The position numbers and the translations under genes are program-made. A stretch of DNA of 63,304 bases, the filler included, from Aduncisulcus paluster (taxonomy: Eukaryota), in NCBI GenBank assembly GCA_024181965.1. It is 5 parts of 5 records of this genome, joined end to end, with 100 filler letters (N's around TTAATTAATTAA, not from the genome) between each part and the next. Parts side by side here need not be neighbours in the genome. Positions count along the whole stretch, not along the records: positions 57,299 to 63,304 come from BQXS01012410.1; 4 more parts are not named here. One strand, given 5' to 3'. The notes below the pieces were generated by a model. That model was not told where the DNA came from. It made no database searches and saw only the letters and a program-made list of their open reading frames with translations. Below, piece after piece: positions 61,791-63,304 of this stretch; the stretch's first letter is position 1; every line of letters starts with the position of its first letter.

Positions 61791-63109
61791 TCATTATATG
61801 GAACCTTTCAAAACATCGATACTGACCTTGACGAAAGGTTAAATGGGTTCATTGTCTCTCACGCTTCCTCCCAATCCAAGAATAACTTTGTTCTTCTTGT
61901 GTGAAGTCCAAAATGCTCTCCGATCTTACACTCCATCAAATTTTGAAGTTTTAGGTCCACGCCATGAAGAATGGAAACCTTCAAAAGACACTTGGTGTGC
62001 TGTGAAAGATCAACCAGAAGGATATTTCTTTGTGAAACTTGTGGCCTTCACTGATCTTCCCGCATTGAGGAGAGAAAGTTTGATTGAAAAGATACTGAAT
62101 ATAATCAAACTTTTCCTAATGCTCAGTTTTTCTTCATTCAGTACTTTCGGGTTTCTGAAGTTATGACAACTACCAAGGATGTAATATTAGAGAAATGGGA
62201 GGGGGAAGAAGATGATTCTTGCGGAGTAGAAGCCCAAGGAAGCTTGTATTGTGAGGTGAGAGTATGTGGAAATGTGTTAATTAGACACCACCCCATGAAC
62301 GAATTCTACTTCGAGTAAACATGTTTCATATGAAATAACAATTGAGTAAATTTACTCAACCTCATCAACTAAGTTATCTATGAGTAAGTTTTAGTTCGAA
62401 AATTAAAAGTAAATTTTACTCAAATTTTACCTCCAAAATCATCATGATGATCGTCCAATAAGACCGCAGAATTTTCAGCATCAAGTCTCTCAATAAGGGA
62501 GCAAGAATACCTGTGAAACTCCTCGGTCAATGTTGACCCATATACGCAACAATACGATTTAAGGGTCTTTATACCATCCTTATACACGATCCGGTTACCA
62601 TAAATCATCCCATCTTCAAATATGTAGATGGGAGAAGAAAAATGTGACAATGCATAGTTAAAATTTTTAGATTGCTTTGAACAAGTATAGTATATTTGTC
62701 GTTATCTCTGAGATAGAAACGGTAGCAATTTATTAGAAAGTAAACGGAAGGACATCAGGTCTATAAATAGAACACTGAGAAACCTTCACTTCCACCCCAG
62801 AACTGAGGTTCCTTCTGAGAACTGAAATAAATGGAAAAAAAAAGAAAAAAGAAAAAAGAACACCTTGGGAAGAGGAGAGAAGACCTCAGCCTTAAGAACT
62901 CCTCACCCGACGAGGATCACCACAGTGAGTCTCTCTTCAGCAAACCGCAGCTTGCTTCTATGGTCTTGACTCGCAGCCAAGTCTCAAGGTTAACCTCAGC
63001 CAACCTTTTCTTCGGGGAGCTGCAGCTCCCCACACCGACCTCGGACGGTGCCATTGGGTAACCTCAGTCACCAAGCTTTTGCATAGGAAAAGACTATAGA
63101 AAACATAGA

Positions 63110-63304
63110 TTTCCATGCAGTTTCTGTATGATTTTCCGTGAATTTATCATACATTTTCCATGCAATTTATCATGCATTTTTCATGAATTTGTCACATATT
63201 TTTCATGCAATATATCATGCACTTTTCATGAATTTATCACATATTTTTCATGCAATATATCATGCATTTTTCATGAATATTCATCACGTAAATCTTCCTC
63301 ATGC
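63110..63304. repeat. Minisatellite of ~11-12-bp CATG-containing units with ~45-bp higher order
   Basis: Alternating TTTTCATGCAAT, TATCATGCA, TTTTCATGAATT, TCACATA units. Confidence 0.85.

Noticed and set aside
63110..63304. CRISPR array
   Set aside because: No unique spacers or cas genes; eukaryotic tandem repeat.

Overview
AT-rich eukaryotic DNA made of five unrelated scaffold pieces (1-17112, 17213-19660, 19761-36760, 36861-57198, 57299-63304). They are joined by artificial 100-bp N44-TTAATTAATTAA-N44 spacers, and there are three internal 20-N gaps. The kinase family and a decayed lineage-specific domain at 36.3-36.7 kb resemble proteins I recall from the free-living fornicate Aduncisulcus paluster; this is an inference, not a search result. 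Four pieces are a dense patchwork of decayed transposable elements: Ty3/Gypsy (one near-complete gag-pol, a chromodomain), DIRS-type RT plus tyrosine recombinase, RLE-type non-LTR elements, hAT-like, Plavaka/CACTA-like and IS630/Tc1-like transposases, and a Helitron Rep. The 36.9-57.2 kb piece holds cellular genes: two paralogous kinases (one LRR/EGF-TM receptor-like), an SLC35F-type transporter, an NCL-like Na+/Ca2+ exchanger and hypothetical proteins. The most intriguing item is a ~250-nt tRNA-headed element present twice (23623-23872 +, 33220-33470 -). It has Pol III A/B boxes, an oligo-T terminator, crossing helices and a compensatory base change between its 5' and 3' ends. Two further degenerate tRNA-like heads end in the same CCAATTT.
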